64,000 nucleotides of DNA from Burkholderiales bacterium (GTDB lineage Bacteria; Pseudomonadota; Gammaproteobacteria; Burkholderiales; SG8-41). The stretch covers positions 16,596 through 80,595 of the forward strand of contig DATBKZ010000043.1 of assembly GCA_036555615.1 (NCBI GenBank), written 5' to 3'. Below, piece after piece: positions 42,046 through 51,651 of this stretch. Both the position numbers and the translations under genes were made by a program. Every line of letters begins with the position of its first letter. The first letter of the stretch is position 1. The notes beneath the pieces were generated by a model, which saw only the letters and a list, made by a program, of their open reading frames with translations, was not told the origin of the DNA and searched no databases.

Positions 42046-43212
42046 CTAGAGATTGATCCGGCGCCAGTAGCCCGTTAGCTCGAGGTAACCCAGCCCGGCG
42101 CGTTTGCCGTTGCGCAGGGCGCGCACCGCGCCTTCCCAATAGATCGTTCCGGTCGACGCCCGGGTGTCGTGCTCCTGGTCGTCGAAAAGCGGCTCGATCT
42201 CGAGCTCAAGGTCTCCCGCTCTCACCAGCCAGGACACGGGGTAGCTCGTCCCGGTTCGCGCCGAACGCCATTCGCGGCGCGGCGTGAAGCGGATGTCCGC
42301 CGGCGAGAAAACCCGCAGCGGGCCATCGGCACGGCGCAGCGCGCCGCCTGCCCAGAACGGGCCGCCGCGCTCGTCCCGCATGCGGAATGCCATCAGCGCG
42401 GTCCCCCCGTCCAGGTTGATGCCGATCCAGTCCCACCCGACGGCTTCCTTCTCCAGGTATTGCGACGACCACTCGTGGTCGAGCCAGGCGCTGCCGGAGA
42501 CGGGCTGCGATCTGCTCTCTCGCGCAATCCTGCCATTCACGTGGAGGTGCGGAAGGCTGTAGTAGTAGCTCGCCGAATCCGGCGATGGTCCTTTCCGGCT
42601 CACTCCGTTCCCGCCCTGGAGCAGGGGAAGCTGCCGCGCCTCGAAGGCCAGCTCGAGCTGGAATTCGCGGGCAGGAATGCGCGACTCGTAGATCCTGCCC
42701 CGCTGTTCCAGCGTCCAGTCGTCGATCCATACATGCGTACGGCCCGGCTCCGCGCCGGCCAGGCCGAAACCCTCGCGCGCCGCGCGCTGGGCGTGGATCA
42801 ACCGGCCGTGCGCGGGATCCGAAACCGCCGCGTGCGCGACGAGGATCTGGCGCGGTGTCAATGCACTGGGGTTATCGTGCTTCAGCTCCGGTCGCGCCCG
42901 GAAGAATGTGATCTGGAATCCGAGCGGTCGGGTTGCTTCGTCGAGCCAGCCTGTTATGTACCACCATTCGATCCGGAACTCGGGGTGGCTCCCTTCGTCG
43001 TGCGGGAAACGGATGGGGTAGCCCGGCACGACCGGGGCAAAAGGCGTGATTCGTGATCCCTCTCCCACCACCCCGGCGCGCGGCGCCACCCCTCCTCCGG
43101 CAGGAGGGGATATTGCGGTTTGCGCCCGTGTCTTGGGCGCGCAGAGCACACCTGCCAGCAAAGCCAGCATGCGCCGTCGCGGGAAATCAGGTCGATTCGA
43201 GTCACCAGTCAC
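42046..43212 (-). CDS. AttH-like lipocalin / CrtC-hydratase-like domain protein (ABC-transporter associated), probably exported
   Basis: FPHDEGSHPEFRIEWWYITGW..., WLDHEWSS. The N-terminus may be a twin-arginine signal (FPRRRMLALLAG). The start is uncertain (GTG 43212 or ATG 43170). Confidence 0.75.
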   Translation of the reverse strand: MTGDSNRPDFPRRRMLALLAGVLCAPKTRAQTAISPPAGGGVAPRAGVVGEGSRITPFAPVVPGYPIRFPHDEGSHPEFRIEWWYITGWLDEATRPLGFQITFFRARPELKHDNPSALTPRQILVAHAAVSDPAHGRLIHAQRAAREGFGLAGAEPGRTHVWIDDWTLEQRGRIYESRIPAREFQLELAFEARQLPLLQGGNGVSRKGPSPDSASYYYSLPHLHVNGRIARESRSQPVSGSAWLDHEWSSQYLEKEAVGWDWIGINLDGGTALMAFRMRDERGGPFWAGGALRRADGPLRVFSPADIRFTPRREWRSARTGTSYPVSWLVRAGDLELEIEPLFDDQEHDTRASTGTIYWEGAVRALRNGKRAGLGYLELTGYWRRINL

Positions 43213-43229
43213 GAGCCACCCGCCAGTAA

Positions 43230-45821
43230 CTACCAGTCTTCGCGGACCGCGCGCACGACGTCCTCGCCCATCGCCGCGCGCCCGCTCCACACCGCCGTTG
43301 CGACCGCCGCGGCAATGATGGCGAGCGCCAGGCCGGCAAGCGGCAGCCACGGCAAGTTCGTTTCCATGCTCCAGTGAAAGGACTGGCGGTTAACGACATG
43401 GGTGAGGATCAGGCCCACCAGCCAGCCGGTCGCGAGGCCCATGAGGCAACCCAGGGCCGCCACGACCGCACCTTCGCAGCCCAGCATGATGGCGATCTCG
43501 CGCCGCGTCATGCCGACATGCCGTAGCACGCCGAACTCCCGCCGCCGCGCCAATGCCTGCGCGCTGAACGATACGCTGACCCCGAAGAGCCCGATCAGCA
43601 CGGCTGCGATCTCCAGGGCATAGGTGATCGCGAACGTGCGATCGAAGGCGCGGAGCGAAATGTCGCGCAAATCGCGCGTGGTCGCGATCTCGAAGTCCGC
43701 GCCGCCTGGCAGCCGACCACGCAGGGCGTGCTGAACTTCGGTCATGGAGATGTCCCGTTTGAGCCACAGCGCCACGTCGTTGACGAGGCGGTCGCCGGTC
43801 AGGCTCACGTAGAGCTCGCGGTTGATCGCTATGGCACCGGACTGCCGCGCATAGTCGCGCCAGATTCCCGCAACGGTGAAGGGACGGGAGGCGCCGCCAA
43901 TGGGCAGCCGTATGAGCTCTCCTACCTTCAGGCGGTAGAAATCCGCCGCGACCTCCGACACCCATACCGGCGGGGGGTCGCCCGGGCGCAGCGGGTAGGG
44001 CGGGCTGGTCAGCGGCAGCATCTTTCCCGGCTCGTGGGCATCGACCGGACCTGCCAGCAGGATGACGGGCGGGCGCTCCAGCGCCAGCAACAGATTCTGG
44101 GTGCGTACGAATGCGGCGCGCTCCACACCCGGCGTGCCGGCGATGCGAGCCTGCTCATCGGGCGTGAAAAACGCAGTCTCCCCGAATCGCGCCGGGCGCA
44201 GGTAGAGGTCTGCCGGCAGCATCCGCTCGAGCCACGACTCCAGGGACGAGCGAAACGAGCTCACCATGATCAGCATGGATACCATCAGGCTGAAGCTGAT
44301 GACGATGGCGGCAACGCTGATCGCCGCCTGGCGCGGGGTCGCCTTCAGCTGCGCGATGGCAATCGCAAGCGGCGCGCGCTCGGGCACCGGCAAGCGACCG
44401 AGAATAGCCTCGACCAGGCGCGGCATGATCAGCACCGAGCCAAGCAATATGAGGCCGATGGCGAGATAACCCGCGAGCGGAAGGCCGTTCACTGCGGGAG
44501 CGAGCGCGAGCAGCAGTCCAACCGCGATCGATCCGATGCCCCACCACAGCGTGTGCAGTCTCCCCAGGCCTTCTTCCTCGTCGCCCGCCCGCAGCGCCTG
44601 CGCGGGGAGCCGCTGTGCGGCTTCCCAGGTCGGGGCCGCCGCCCCCAACACCGCGAACAGGACGCCGAGCGTTGCGAAAAAAGCGAGCGTGCCGGGCTCG
44701 ACAGCGAGGTCTGCGACGATGCTGCGGAAATAACCGGCCCCGAGATCGGCGCCAACCAGCGCGAGCGCGTAGCGGGCAAGCGCGTAGCCGAGCAGCGTGC
44801 CGAGGATCGCGCCGATCACCCCGATGACCGCGCCTTCCGCGAGAAGCTGCGCGGTGAGCGTGCCCCGCGTGACCCCGAGTGTGCGCAGTAGCGCGAGCTG
44901 GGCGCGCCGCCGGAGCAGCGCGAGCACCTGCGAGGAAAAGACGAGAAATGCTCCGGTGAACAACGCGACCAGCGCCAGCATGTCCAGGTTGAGCCGGTAG
45001 GCCCGGGTGAGGCTTGCCCCGCGCACGCTTTCGTTCTCGGGCGTCATGACCTGCACGCCGGCCGGGAGCAGCGCCTGCAACTCGCGGCGAAACGCGGAGA
45101 GGTCCGTGCCCGCCTTCAGGCGCAGGTCCACGCGATTCAGGCGCCCGAGCTGCGCGAGGCGCCATTGAGCGGCAGCGATATCCATGACGCCCAACCGCTG
45201 CCGGTATGCACCTTGCGGCAGAACGCCGGCGACCTTCAGGCTTACGGTGCGCGTCCCGACCCGTGCGTCAAGCTGCGCGCCCGGTTTCAGCCGCAGCCAT
45301 TCCGCCGCGGACGCGCTGAGCAGAATCGCGTCCGCATCGAAGAGCTCGAGTGTCATGCTCGAGCGCTCCGGCAGCAGCGAGGGCTGCACCTGTGCCGCCC
45401 GCAGCGGGTCGAAGCCGACGATGCGCAGGCTGTCCGGGCGGCCGGCAAGCGGCACCTCCAGATCCACCGCGGGATTGGCGGCTTCGACCTGGGGCAGGCG
45501 CGCGAGCCGCGGGTACCACTCCTCGTCGAACCCGGCGCGCGGGCCGCGCACCACCAGGTCGGCCTCGCCGGCGAGATGCCGCGCTGCGAGCTCGAATTCG
45601 TTGAGCGCGCTGGAATTGACAAGGTGGACCGCAACGCCGAGCGCGACACCGAGCGCAATGGCGAAAACCGCCAGCGCCGCGCGCTCTGGATGCTCGCGCA
45701 ATGGCCCGAGCACGAGCGCATGGGTCAACAAAAGCCGCCCGCCCCACGCCGTTACGCGCGGGTCGAGGGTCGTGGTGGGGGCACGTATCACGAATCCCTG
45801 CTCACTGCGGGCTGAGCCCAT
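43230..45821 (-). CDS. ABC transporter permease, duplicated FtsX/MacB-type (AttF/AttG-like fusion)
   Basis: 863 aa with two FtsX-like 4-TM modules, each preceded by a large periplasmic segment. Confidence 0.85.
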   Translation of the reverse strand: MGSARSEQGFVIRAPTTTLDPRVTAWGGRLLLTHALVLGPLREHPERAALAVFAIALGVALGVAVHLVNSSALNEFELAARHLAGEADLVVRGPRAGFDEEWYPRLARLPQVEAANPAVDLEVPLAGRPDSLRIVGFDPLRAAQVQPSLLPERSSMTLELFDADAILLSASAAEWLRLKPGAQLDARVGTRTVSLKVAGVLPQGAYRQRLGVMDIAAAQWRLAQLGRLNRVDLRLKAGTDLSAFRRELQALLPAGVQVMTPENESVRGASLTRAYRLNLDMLALVALFTGAFLVFSSQVLALLRRRAQLALLRTLGVTRGTLTAQLLAEGAVIGVIGAILGTLLGYALARYALALVGADLGAGYFRSIVADLAVEPGTLAFFATLGVLFAVLGAAAPTWEAAQRLPAQALRAGDEEEGLGRLHTLWWGIGSIAVGLLLALAPAVNGLPLAGYLAIGLILLGSVLIMPRLVEAILGRLPVPERAPLAIAIAQLKATPRQAAISVAAIVISFSLMVSMLIMVSSFRSSLESWLERMLPADLYLRPARFGETAFFTPDEQARIAGTPGVERAAFVRTQNLLLALERPPVILLAGPVDAHEPGKMLPLTSPPYPLRPGDPPPVWVSEVAADFYRLKVGELIRLPIGGASRPFTVAGIWRDYARQSGAIAINRELYVSLTGDRLVNDVALWLKRDISMTEVQHALRGRLPGGADFEIATTRDLRDISLRAFDRTFAITYALEIAAVLIGLFGVSVSFSAQALARRREFGVLRHVGMTRREIAIMLGCEGAVVAALGCLMGLATGWLVGLILTHVVNRQSFHWSMETNLPWLPLAGLALAIIAAAVATAVWSGRAAMGEDVVRAVREDW

Positions 45822-46500
45822 CCGCGGTCAGCACCAGCACGCGGTCGGCAGTTCCCGCGGCGAGCGCCGAATGGGTGACCAGGATGCCCGCTCCGGACTG
45901 TTGCTTCACCTGTTCGCGCAGCAGCGCCAGCACCTGCCTGGCGGCTTCGGCGTCCAGGTTGCCGGTGGGCTCGTCGGCGAGCACCAGCAGCGGCTGGTGT
46001 GCCAGGGCGCGCGCAATGGCGACCCGCTGCATTTCGCCGCCGGAGAGCTCGCGCGGATAGGCGCCGGCTGCAGCGGCCAGTCCGACGGCCGCCAGCATCT
46101 CCGCCAGTCGCGCACGCGCTCGTCCGGGGTCGATGCCGTTGAGGGAGAGGGGCAACGCGACGTTCTGCGCCACGGTGAGATGCGGCAGCAGATGAAACGC
46201 CTGGAATACGAAGCCGATGCTGCGCCGGCGAAGCAGCGTGCGTGCCGCGTCGTCGAGGCGGGCAACGTCCGCCCCGTCAAGGAAGACGCTGCCGGCGTCC
46301 GGTCGATCGAGACCCGCGATCACGTTGAGGAGCGTCGACTTGCCGACGCCGGACTCTCCGACGATCGCGACGTATTCACCGCGCTGAACTTCGAGCGAGA
46401 CACGGCGCAGCACTGCGCGCGGCCGCGCACCGCCATACGATTTTGATACCTCCCGGATCGAAAGCATCAGGTCCTCGGCCGGGCGGGCAGGGTCGCGCAT
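45802..46500 (-). CDS. ABC transporter ATP-binding protein (LolD/MacB-type; AttE-like)
   Basis: Walker A GESGVGKST, signature LSGGEMQRVAIARAL, Walker B LLVLADEPTGNLD. Confidence 0.92.
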   Translation of the reverse strand: MRDPARPAEDLMLSIREVSKSYGGARPRAVLRRVSLEVQRGEYVAIVGESGVGKSTLLNVIAGLDRPDAGSVFLDGADVARLDDAARTLLRRRSIGFVFQAFHLLPHLTVAQNVALPLSLNGIDPGRARARLAEMLAAVGLAAAAGAYPRELSGGEMQRVAIARALAHQPLLVLADEPTGNLDAEAARQVLALLREQVKQQSGAGILVTHSALAAGTADRVLVLTADGLSPQ

Positions 46501-46693
46501 GCTGTACTGAGGCGGCAGGCGTTCCCGTCGATGCTACCACGCGCCCGATAGCGGGAAACGGAGTGCTGCGGAAACTCTTGGGAAATCCCGGAACCTAAGC
46601 TAGACTGGGATGCCGTCTTGCGGCGCCCGCACCCGGTGCGGGCCGCATCCTGGAAATAGTCCTGGATCCAGTCTGAAATAACAAGGAGGAGTC

Positions 46694-47662
46694 ATGTACA
46701 GAAGCATACGCAGTTCGGTGGTCGGGATTGCGCTCGGCCTGCTTGCCGTGGCCGGCGCGTGGGCGCAGGCGTATCCCTCCAAGCCCATTCGCATGATCAT
46801 TCCGTTTGGGGCGGGTGGTTCGACTGACGTTCTCATACGCATCGTCGCGACGAGGCTACCGGACGCCCTCGGCCAGCAGGTCGTGATCGACAACCGTACC
46901 GGCGCCGGAGGCATGATCGGAACGGACATCGCGGCGAAGGCCACACCCGATGGATACACATTGCTCGCCACCGGGACGCCGCACTCGATTGTGCCGAACT
47001 TGTATAAGAAGGTCCCGTACCGCGCGCTGGACGATTTTGCGCCGATCATGCAGATCGCCAGCCAGCCGTACGGTCTTACCGTGCATCCCTCGCTTCCCGT
47101 CAAGTCGGTGAACGACCTGATTGCGCTGGCAAAGAAGGAGCCCGGGAAGCACAACTACGCATCCTCTGGGCAGGGCGGCGCGATGCATCTGTTCCAGGCG
47201 CTGTTCGTCAACATGGCCGGCATCGACATGGTGCACGTGCCCTACAAGGGCAGCGGGCCGGTGCGCGCTGACCTGCTGGGCGGGCAGGTCAAGATCGGCT
47301 GCCTCGGCCTGTCGAGCATTCTTCCCCATCACAAGGCGGGCCAGTTGCGGATCATCGCGGTGACGACCACCAAGCGCTCACCGGAGCTGCCGGACGTGCC
47401 CACCATAGCGGAAACGCTGCCGGGCTATGACGCGTCGCTATGGACGGGCGTGCTGGCTCCCAAGGGGACTCCAGCGGTGGCGATCAAGCGCATACACCAG
47501 GAAGTGACGAAGCTGCTCCAATCGCCGGAGGTACGGAAGGCGTTCGAGCGAGCGGGTACCGACATCGTCGCTACGGATCCGAAGGCGTTCGACCAGTTCC
47601 TCAAGGCCGAGTACGCCAAGTGGGGCAAGGTCGTGCGCGACCTCAAGCTCCGGGTGAACTAG
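46694..47662 (+). CDS. Bug-family (TctC-like) substrate-binding protein, orphan (second copy)
   Basis: Has a signal peptide, YPSKPIRMIIPFGAGG and VPYKGSGP. ATG follows AAGGAGGAG. Confidence 0.88.
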   Translation: MYRSIRSSVVGIALGLLAVAGAWAQAYPSKPIRMIIPFGAGGSTDVLIRIVATRLPDALGQQVVIDNRTGAGGMIGTDIAAKATPDGYTLLATGTPHSIVPNLYKKVPYRALDDFAPIMQIASQPYGLTVHPSLPVKSVNDLIALAKKEPGKHNYASSGQGGAMHLFQALFVNMAGIDMVHVPYKGSGPVRADLLGGQVKIGCLGLSSILPHHKAGQLRIIAVTTTKRSPELPDVPTIAETLPGYDASLWTGVLAPKGTPAVAIKRIHQEVTKLLQSPEVRKAFERAGTDIVATDPKAFDQFLKAEYAKWGKVVRDLKLRVN

Positions 47663-49256
47663 CGTTCACGCCGGACCGCGGCGCGCCTATCTTGAATAGC
47701 GCGCGCTCCTGCGCGTCGAGCTGCGCGATGAGGCCGGTTTCCCAGGCGAGGTAGCGCTTCATCGCCTCGCGGTTCCCGGCGTGCCGGTCGTGAACGAAGA
47801 ACAGGTAGTCGATGCATTCCGCGTCAGGCGGATCCGCGGGAGATGATTCGCTGGCGAAACCCGCGCGCGTCCAGGCGGCGAATCCGCCGTCGAGCAGCCT
47901 GACGTCATTGGCGCCGGATTCCAGGAGATCGATTGCCGCGAGGCGTGCGACGTCGGTCTCGTCCGCCGCCAGCACGAAAGGGACTCTCCGATTGCGCGCG
48001 TCTGCGACAACGCGGGCGCGCGTGCTCCAGCGGCTGCCAGGGACATGTGCGCTTCGGAAGCGCATGCTGGGACCCAGGTCGAAAACGGTACATTCTCCGG
48101 CATCGAGTAACTGCCTCAGGCGAGGTGCCGCGACCGGCTCGAGAGCGGGAAGGGGAGGCCGGATTGCCGGGGTGGCCTTGAGCTCCGAAGTCGCGCCTCC
48201 CTCCAGGACGCAGGCGTCGAATCCCAGCTGTTTCAGCCAGCTCGCCACGACCGGGGCGCGGACGGCGTCGCCGCCGTCGATCAGCACGACGCGCGCATTG
48301 CGCACGCCCACCCATTGATCGGTCGCCTGGATCAGCTGGCCGCCAGGCGCGTGGACCGAGCCGGGAATCGAGCCGGCCGCAAATTCCTCGGGCGTGCGCA
48401 CGTCGCAGAGGTAGGTGGTGCGGTCCATATCCTGGAGCCACGCGCGCACCTCCTTGATCGAGGCGCTCTTGATTCCGAACCATTCCATGAGCTTTCGTGC
48501 CGATGCCCGCAGCGCGGGCAGCGCGGTTGCGTCGATTGCGTCCGGGTACCTGCGTGAGGCGCCACGCTCGAGCTCGAAATCGGCGAGGACCCATCCCTGC
48601 GTGCCGTTCTCGAGCGCGACAACGGGATTTGGCACGCCGAAATTGATCAGCGTTTGCGCGCCGATGATGCTGCGCGTGCGCCCGGCGCAGTTCACCACGA
48701 TGCGGGTTTTCGGATTCTTGACGATGCCCGGCAGGCGGTAGGACAGCTCCGCGTTCGGGCAGCAGATGCCGCCCGGGATGTTCATCATCTGGTATTCGAC
48801 CCACGGCCGCCCGTCCAGGATGACGAAGTCTTCACCTGCCGCGCGCATGCGGGCGAGCTCCTGCACGGTCACGCGTGGCGTGTGGCAGGCGTGCTCCACG
48901 AGCTCGCCAAAGGCCTTGCTGGGGACATTGACGCCAGCGAACAGCCCGTAGCCCGCTGCCGCCCATCCCGCGGTGCCGCCCTCGAGCACGGAGACATCGG
49001 TGTAGCCCAGCTTCTCCAGGCGCTTCGCAGCGCGCCCGGCCACGCCGAGGGCGCCGTCGTCGCACACGACGACGCGCGCCGATTTTCTCGGCACCAGCGT
49101 GGCTACGTCCAGCTCGAGGCGGCTGTAGGGCAGGGGCGTCGCGAGCAGCAGGTGTGACTCGCCGAACTGGCCGGCTTCGCGTACGTCGAGCAAAGCGATC
49201 TCGCTGCCGTCGTGCAGCATGCGCTTGAGCTGACCGGCCGAAATAATTATCGCCAT
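47643..49256 (-). CDS. Multi-rhodanese-domain sulfurtransferase (four tandem rhodanese-like repeats)
   Basis: 537 aa in four repeats of about 125 aa. The clearest active-site loop is in repeat 2 (VNCAGRTRS). Repeats 3 and 4 lack the Cys. Confidence 0.8.
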   Translation of the reverse strand: MAIIISAGQLKRMLHDGSEIALLDVREAGQFGESHLLLATPLPYSRLELDVATLVPRKSARVVVCDDGALGVAGRAAKRLEKLGYTDVSVLEGGTAGWAAAGYGLFAGVNVPSKAFGELVEHACHTPRVTVQELARMRAAGEDFVILDGRPWVEYQMMNIPGGICCPNAELSYRLPGIVKNPKTRIVVNCAGRTRSIIGAQTLINFGVPNPVVALENGTQGWVLADFELERGASRRYPDAIDATALPALRASARKLMEWFGIKSASIKEVRAWLQDMDRTTYLCDVRTPEEFAAGSIPGSVHAPGGQLIQATDQWVGVRNARVVLIDGGDAVRAPVVASWLKQLGFDACVLEGGATSELKATPAIRPPLPALEPVAAPRLRQLLDAGECTVFDLGPSMRFRSAHVPGSRWSTRARVVADARNRRVPFVLAADETDVARLAAIDLLESGANDVRLLDGGFAAWTRAGFASESSPADPPDAECIDYLFFVHDRHAGNREAMKRYLAWETGLIAQLDAQERALFKIGAPRSGVNASSPGA

Positions 49257-49333
49257 GGTGGAAGCCGATCTTGCCTGTTGAGCGATGAGACGCGGCGTGC
49301 TGGAACGCCGCGCGATTGTCGCGTCGTCGCTAC

Positions 49334-50878
49334 TTACTTGTGTGAATCGCGCTTCGCGGGGCCGCCGCCCAGCAAGGCAGCGGTGGGGCGGTGGTGGGTG
49401 GCGTGCGCACGAGGCGCAGCGGCCGGGGCCGGCGCCGGCTTGTGCGGTGAGGGCTCGTAGGGCTTGGTGTAATCAAAGGCGTGCGGCGGTGTCCGCGCAG
49501 GCGGTTGCGATCGTGCGGGCGGGTGCGCCTTGGGCTCGTGGCGCGGCTTGTGCCGGTGATGCTGTGCGCCGCGATCAGGGTGCGGCGTGCGCGGACGCGA
49601 AGGGTGGCGGTCTTCGGTCAGTGCTTCCGGTACCGCAGCACGGGGCAACTTGCGCTTGAGCAGCCGCTCGATGTCCTCCAGATATCTCATCTCGTCCGGG
49701 CTCACCAGGGAAATCGCCTCACCCGGCAGCCCGGCACGGCCGGTGCGGCCGATACGGTGCACATAATCTTCTGCGGTGTGAGGGAGCTCGAAATTGACCA
49801 CGAACGGCAGCTCCTCGATGTCGAGGCCGCGTGCCGCGATATCGGTTGCGACCAGGACCGGGACCTTGCCCTGCTTGAATTCGTCGAGCGCTTGCATGCG
49901 CTCGGCCTGGGTGCGGTCGCTGTGTATCTCCTTTGCGGCGACGCCGTCCTGCTTGAGCTGCCGCGCAAGGCGGTTGGCATCGCGTTTCATGCGCACGAAA
50001 ACCAGCACCTGGCGCATGTCGCGCGAGCGAATGAGGTGGACCAGCAACGCGCGCTTGCGCAGGAGGGGGACAGAATAGACCTGATGCGTAACGAGGTCGG
50101 CGGGAGCGTTGCGCGGCGCAACTTCGATCGTCACCGGCGCGTGCAGCAGCTCCTTGGCGAGCCGGCGCACCTCGTCCGGGAACGTCGCGGAAAACAGCAG
50201 GTTTTGCCGTTGCTTCGGCAGCACCGCCAGAATGCGCTTGATGTCCGGGATGAATCCCATGTCAAGCATGCGGTCAGCTTCGTCCAGCACCAGGAACTCG
50301 ACGCGCGAGAGGTTGACGCTTTTCTGGTGCAGGTGATCGAGCAGGCGGCCCGGCGTGGCGACCAGGATCTCGACCCCGGCATGCAGCGCTTTCATCTGCG
50401 GACCGATGTCCACGCCGCCAAACACGACCGCGGAGCGCAGCGGCAGGTGGCGGCCATAGGTTCGCACGCTCTCTTCAACCTGCGCGGCGAGCTCACGGGT
50501 TGGGGTCAGGATCAAGACCCGCAAGGGATGCCTTGCGGGAGACGGGCTCGTGCTGGCCTGGGGCGCGAGCAGCTGGAGCAATGGCAGCACGAATCCGGCC
50601 GTCTTGCCGGTCCCGGTCTGCGCGGCGCCCATGACGTCGCGGCGTTGCAGGATCGGCGGGATCGCCTTGACCTGGATCGGCGTTGGCTCGCTGTAACCTT
50701 GCTCGGCGACCGCGCGCAGCAGCTCGGGGATCAATCCGAGAGCGGGAAAGGACGGCTTGGCGAAGCTCGGAGCGTCCTGCGGGGAATGGGTGGTGCCGGC
50801 TTGAACCAAGGTTACGACGGCCGGCAACGGCGCTCGATATGGGTTCTGTTCACAGCACGCAATTATACCTTGCTGCAC
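49334..50878 (-). CDS. rhlE: DEAD-box ATP-dependent RNA helicase (RhlE-like) with a basic His/Pro-rich tail
   Basis: [15 protein letters not shown] and [10 protein letters not shown] motifs. The start is uncertain: a TATAAT-like box (50862-50867, minus strand) lies inside the 5' end of the ORF, and in-frame TTG 50809 is an alternative. Confidence 0.88.
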   Translation of the reverse strand: MQQGIIACCEQNPYRAPLPAVVTLVQAGTTHSPQDAPSFAKPSFPALGLIPELLRAVAEQGYSEPTPIQVKAIPPILQRRDVMGAAQTGTGKTAGFVLPLLQLLAPQASTSPSPARHPLRVLILTPTRELAAQVEESVRTYGRHLPLRSAVVFGGVDIGPQMKALHAGVEILVATPGRLLDHLHQKSVNLSRVEFLVLDEADRMLDMGFIPDIKRILAVLPKQRQNLLFSATFPDEVRRLAKELLHAPVTIEVAPRNAPADLVTHQVYSVPLLRKRALLVHLIRSRDMRQVLVFVRMKRDANRLARQLKQDGVAAKEIHSDRTQAERMQALDEFKQGKVPVLVATDIAARGLDIEELPFVVNFELPHTAEDYVHRIGRTGRAGLPGEAISLVSPDEMRYLEDIERLLKRKLPRAAVPEALTEDRHPSRPRTPHPDRGAQHHRHKPRHEPKAHPPARSQPPARTPPHAFDYTKPYEPSPHKPAPAPAAAPRAHATHHRPTAALLGGGPAKRDSHK

Positions 50879-51013
50879 TGCGTCCCACCATCCAGTCGCG
50901 CCACTGCCGCACCCATCCCGGTGTGCGCGTTAGCGCCAAAACTGTCATGGATTCAGAAATCTGGTAAATTTCCACCTGCGCCGGTCAACGGTGTTATCGG
51001 ACGAACGCAGCAC

Positions 51014-51628
51014 ATGAACATTGCCAGCGAGCTACAGGCGGTGCAGCAGGGCGGCTATCCCCTGATCCTCACGCTCGACACGCACGGCATACCCCATCGT
51101 TGGATCAGCTGGCAGCACGCCTGCTACTACTATTCCAAGGACCAGGTTGCCTGGGCGATGGGGGCGCATGCTTTTACGGTCTACGGCGGCATGAACCGCC
51201 TGACCGGCAGGCGCTCGAGCATTACTGCATCCAGCATCATCGCCATCAAAGGCAAGGCGATGGCGATGAAATCATTCAGCCAGGTGCCGCCGTTGAACAA
51301 CCGGGAGCTTTTCCACCGCGACCGCCAGATCTGCGCCTACTGCGGCGGCATGTTCGCGATCTCGAGGCTCACGCGCGATCACGTGACGCCGTTCTCGCAG
51401 AAGGGCAAGGACAGCTGGATGAACTCGGTGACCGCGTGCCGCGGCTGTAACGAGCGCAAGGGCAACCGCACGCCGGAGCAGGCGGGGATGGAGTTGATCT
51501 ACCTTCCGTACGTGCCGAACCGCGCCGAGTACCTGATCCTCACCAACCGGCGCATTCTTGCCGACCAGATGGAATTTCTGGCTCAGCACGTCCCGGCGCA
51601 AAGCCGCTTGCGCCAGTCGGTCGCCTGA
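51014..51628 (+). CDS. HNH endonuclease-domain protein with an uncharacterised N-terminal domain
   Basis: 204 aa from ATG 51014. HNH core CAYCGG...RDHVTPFSQKGKDSWMNSVTACRGCNERKGNRTP. The rest of ORF 49481..51628 is antisense to rhlE and was rejected. Confidence 0.75.
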   Translation: MNIASELQAVQQGGYPLILTLDTHGIPHRWISWQHACYYYSKDQVAWAMGAHAFTVYGGMNRLTGRRSSITASSIIAIKGKAMAMKSFSQVPPLNNRELFHRDRQICAYCGGMFAISRLTRDHVTPFSQKGKDSWMNSVTACRGCNERKGNRTPEQAGMELIYLPYVPNRAEYLILTNRRILADQMEFLAQHVPAQSRLRQSVA

Positions 51629-51651
51629 GCCGGTCGTTCCTCAGACCATCC

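Noticed and set aside
49481-51013. The first 511 codons of the 715-aa plus-strand ORF 49481..51628.
   Set aside because: This part is antisense to the DEAD-box helicase gene and has no recognisable protein features. Only the last 204 codons, from ATG 51014, encode the HNH protein.
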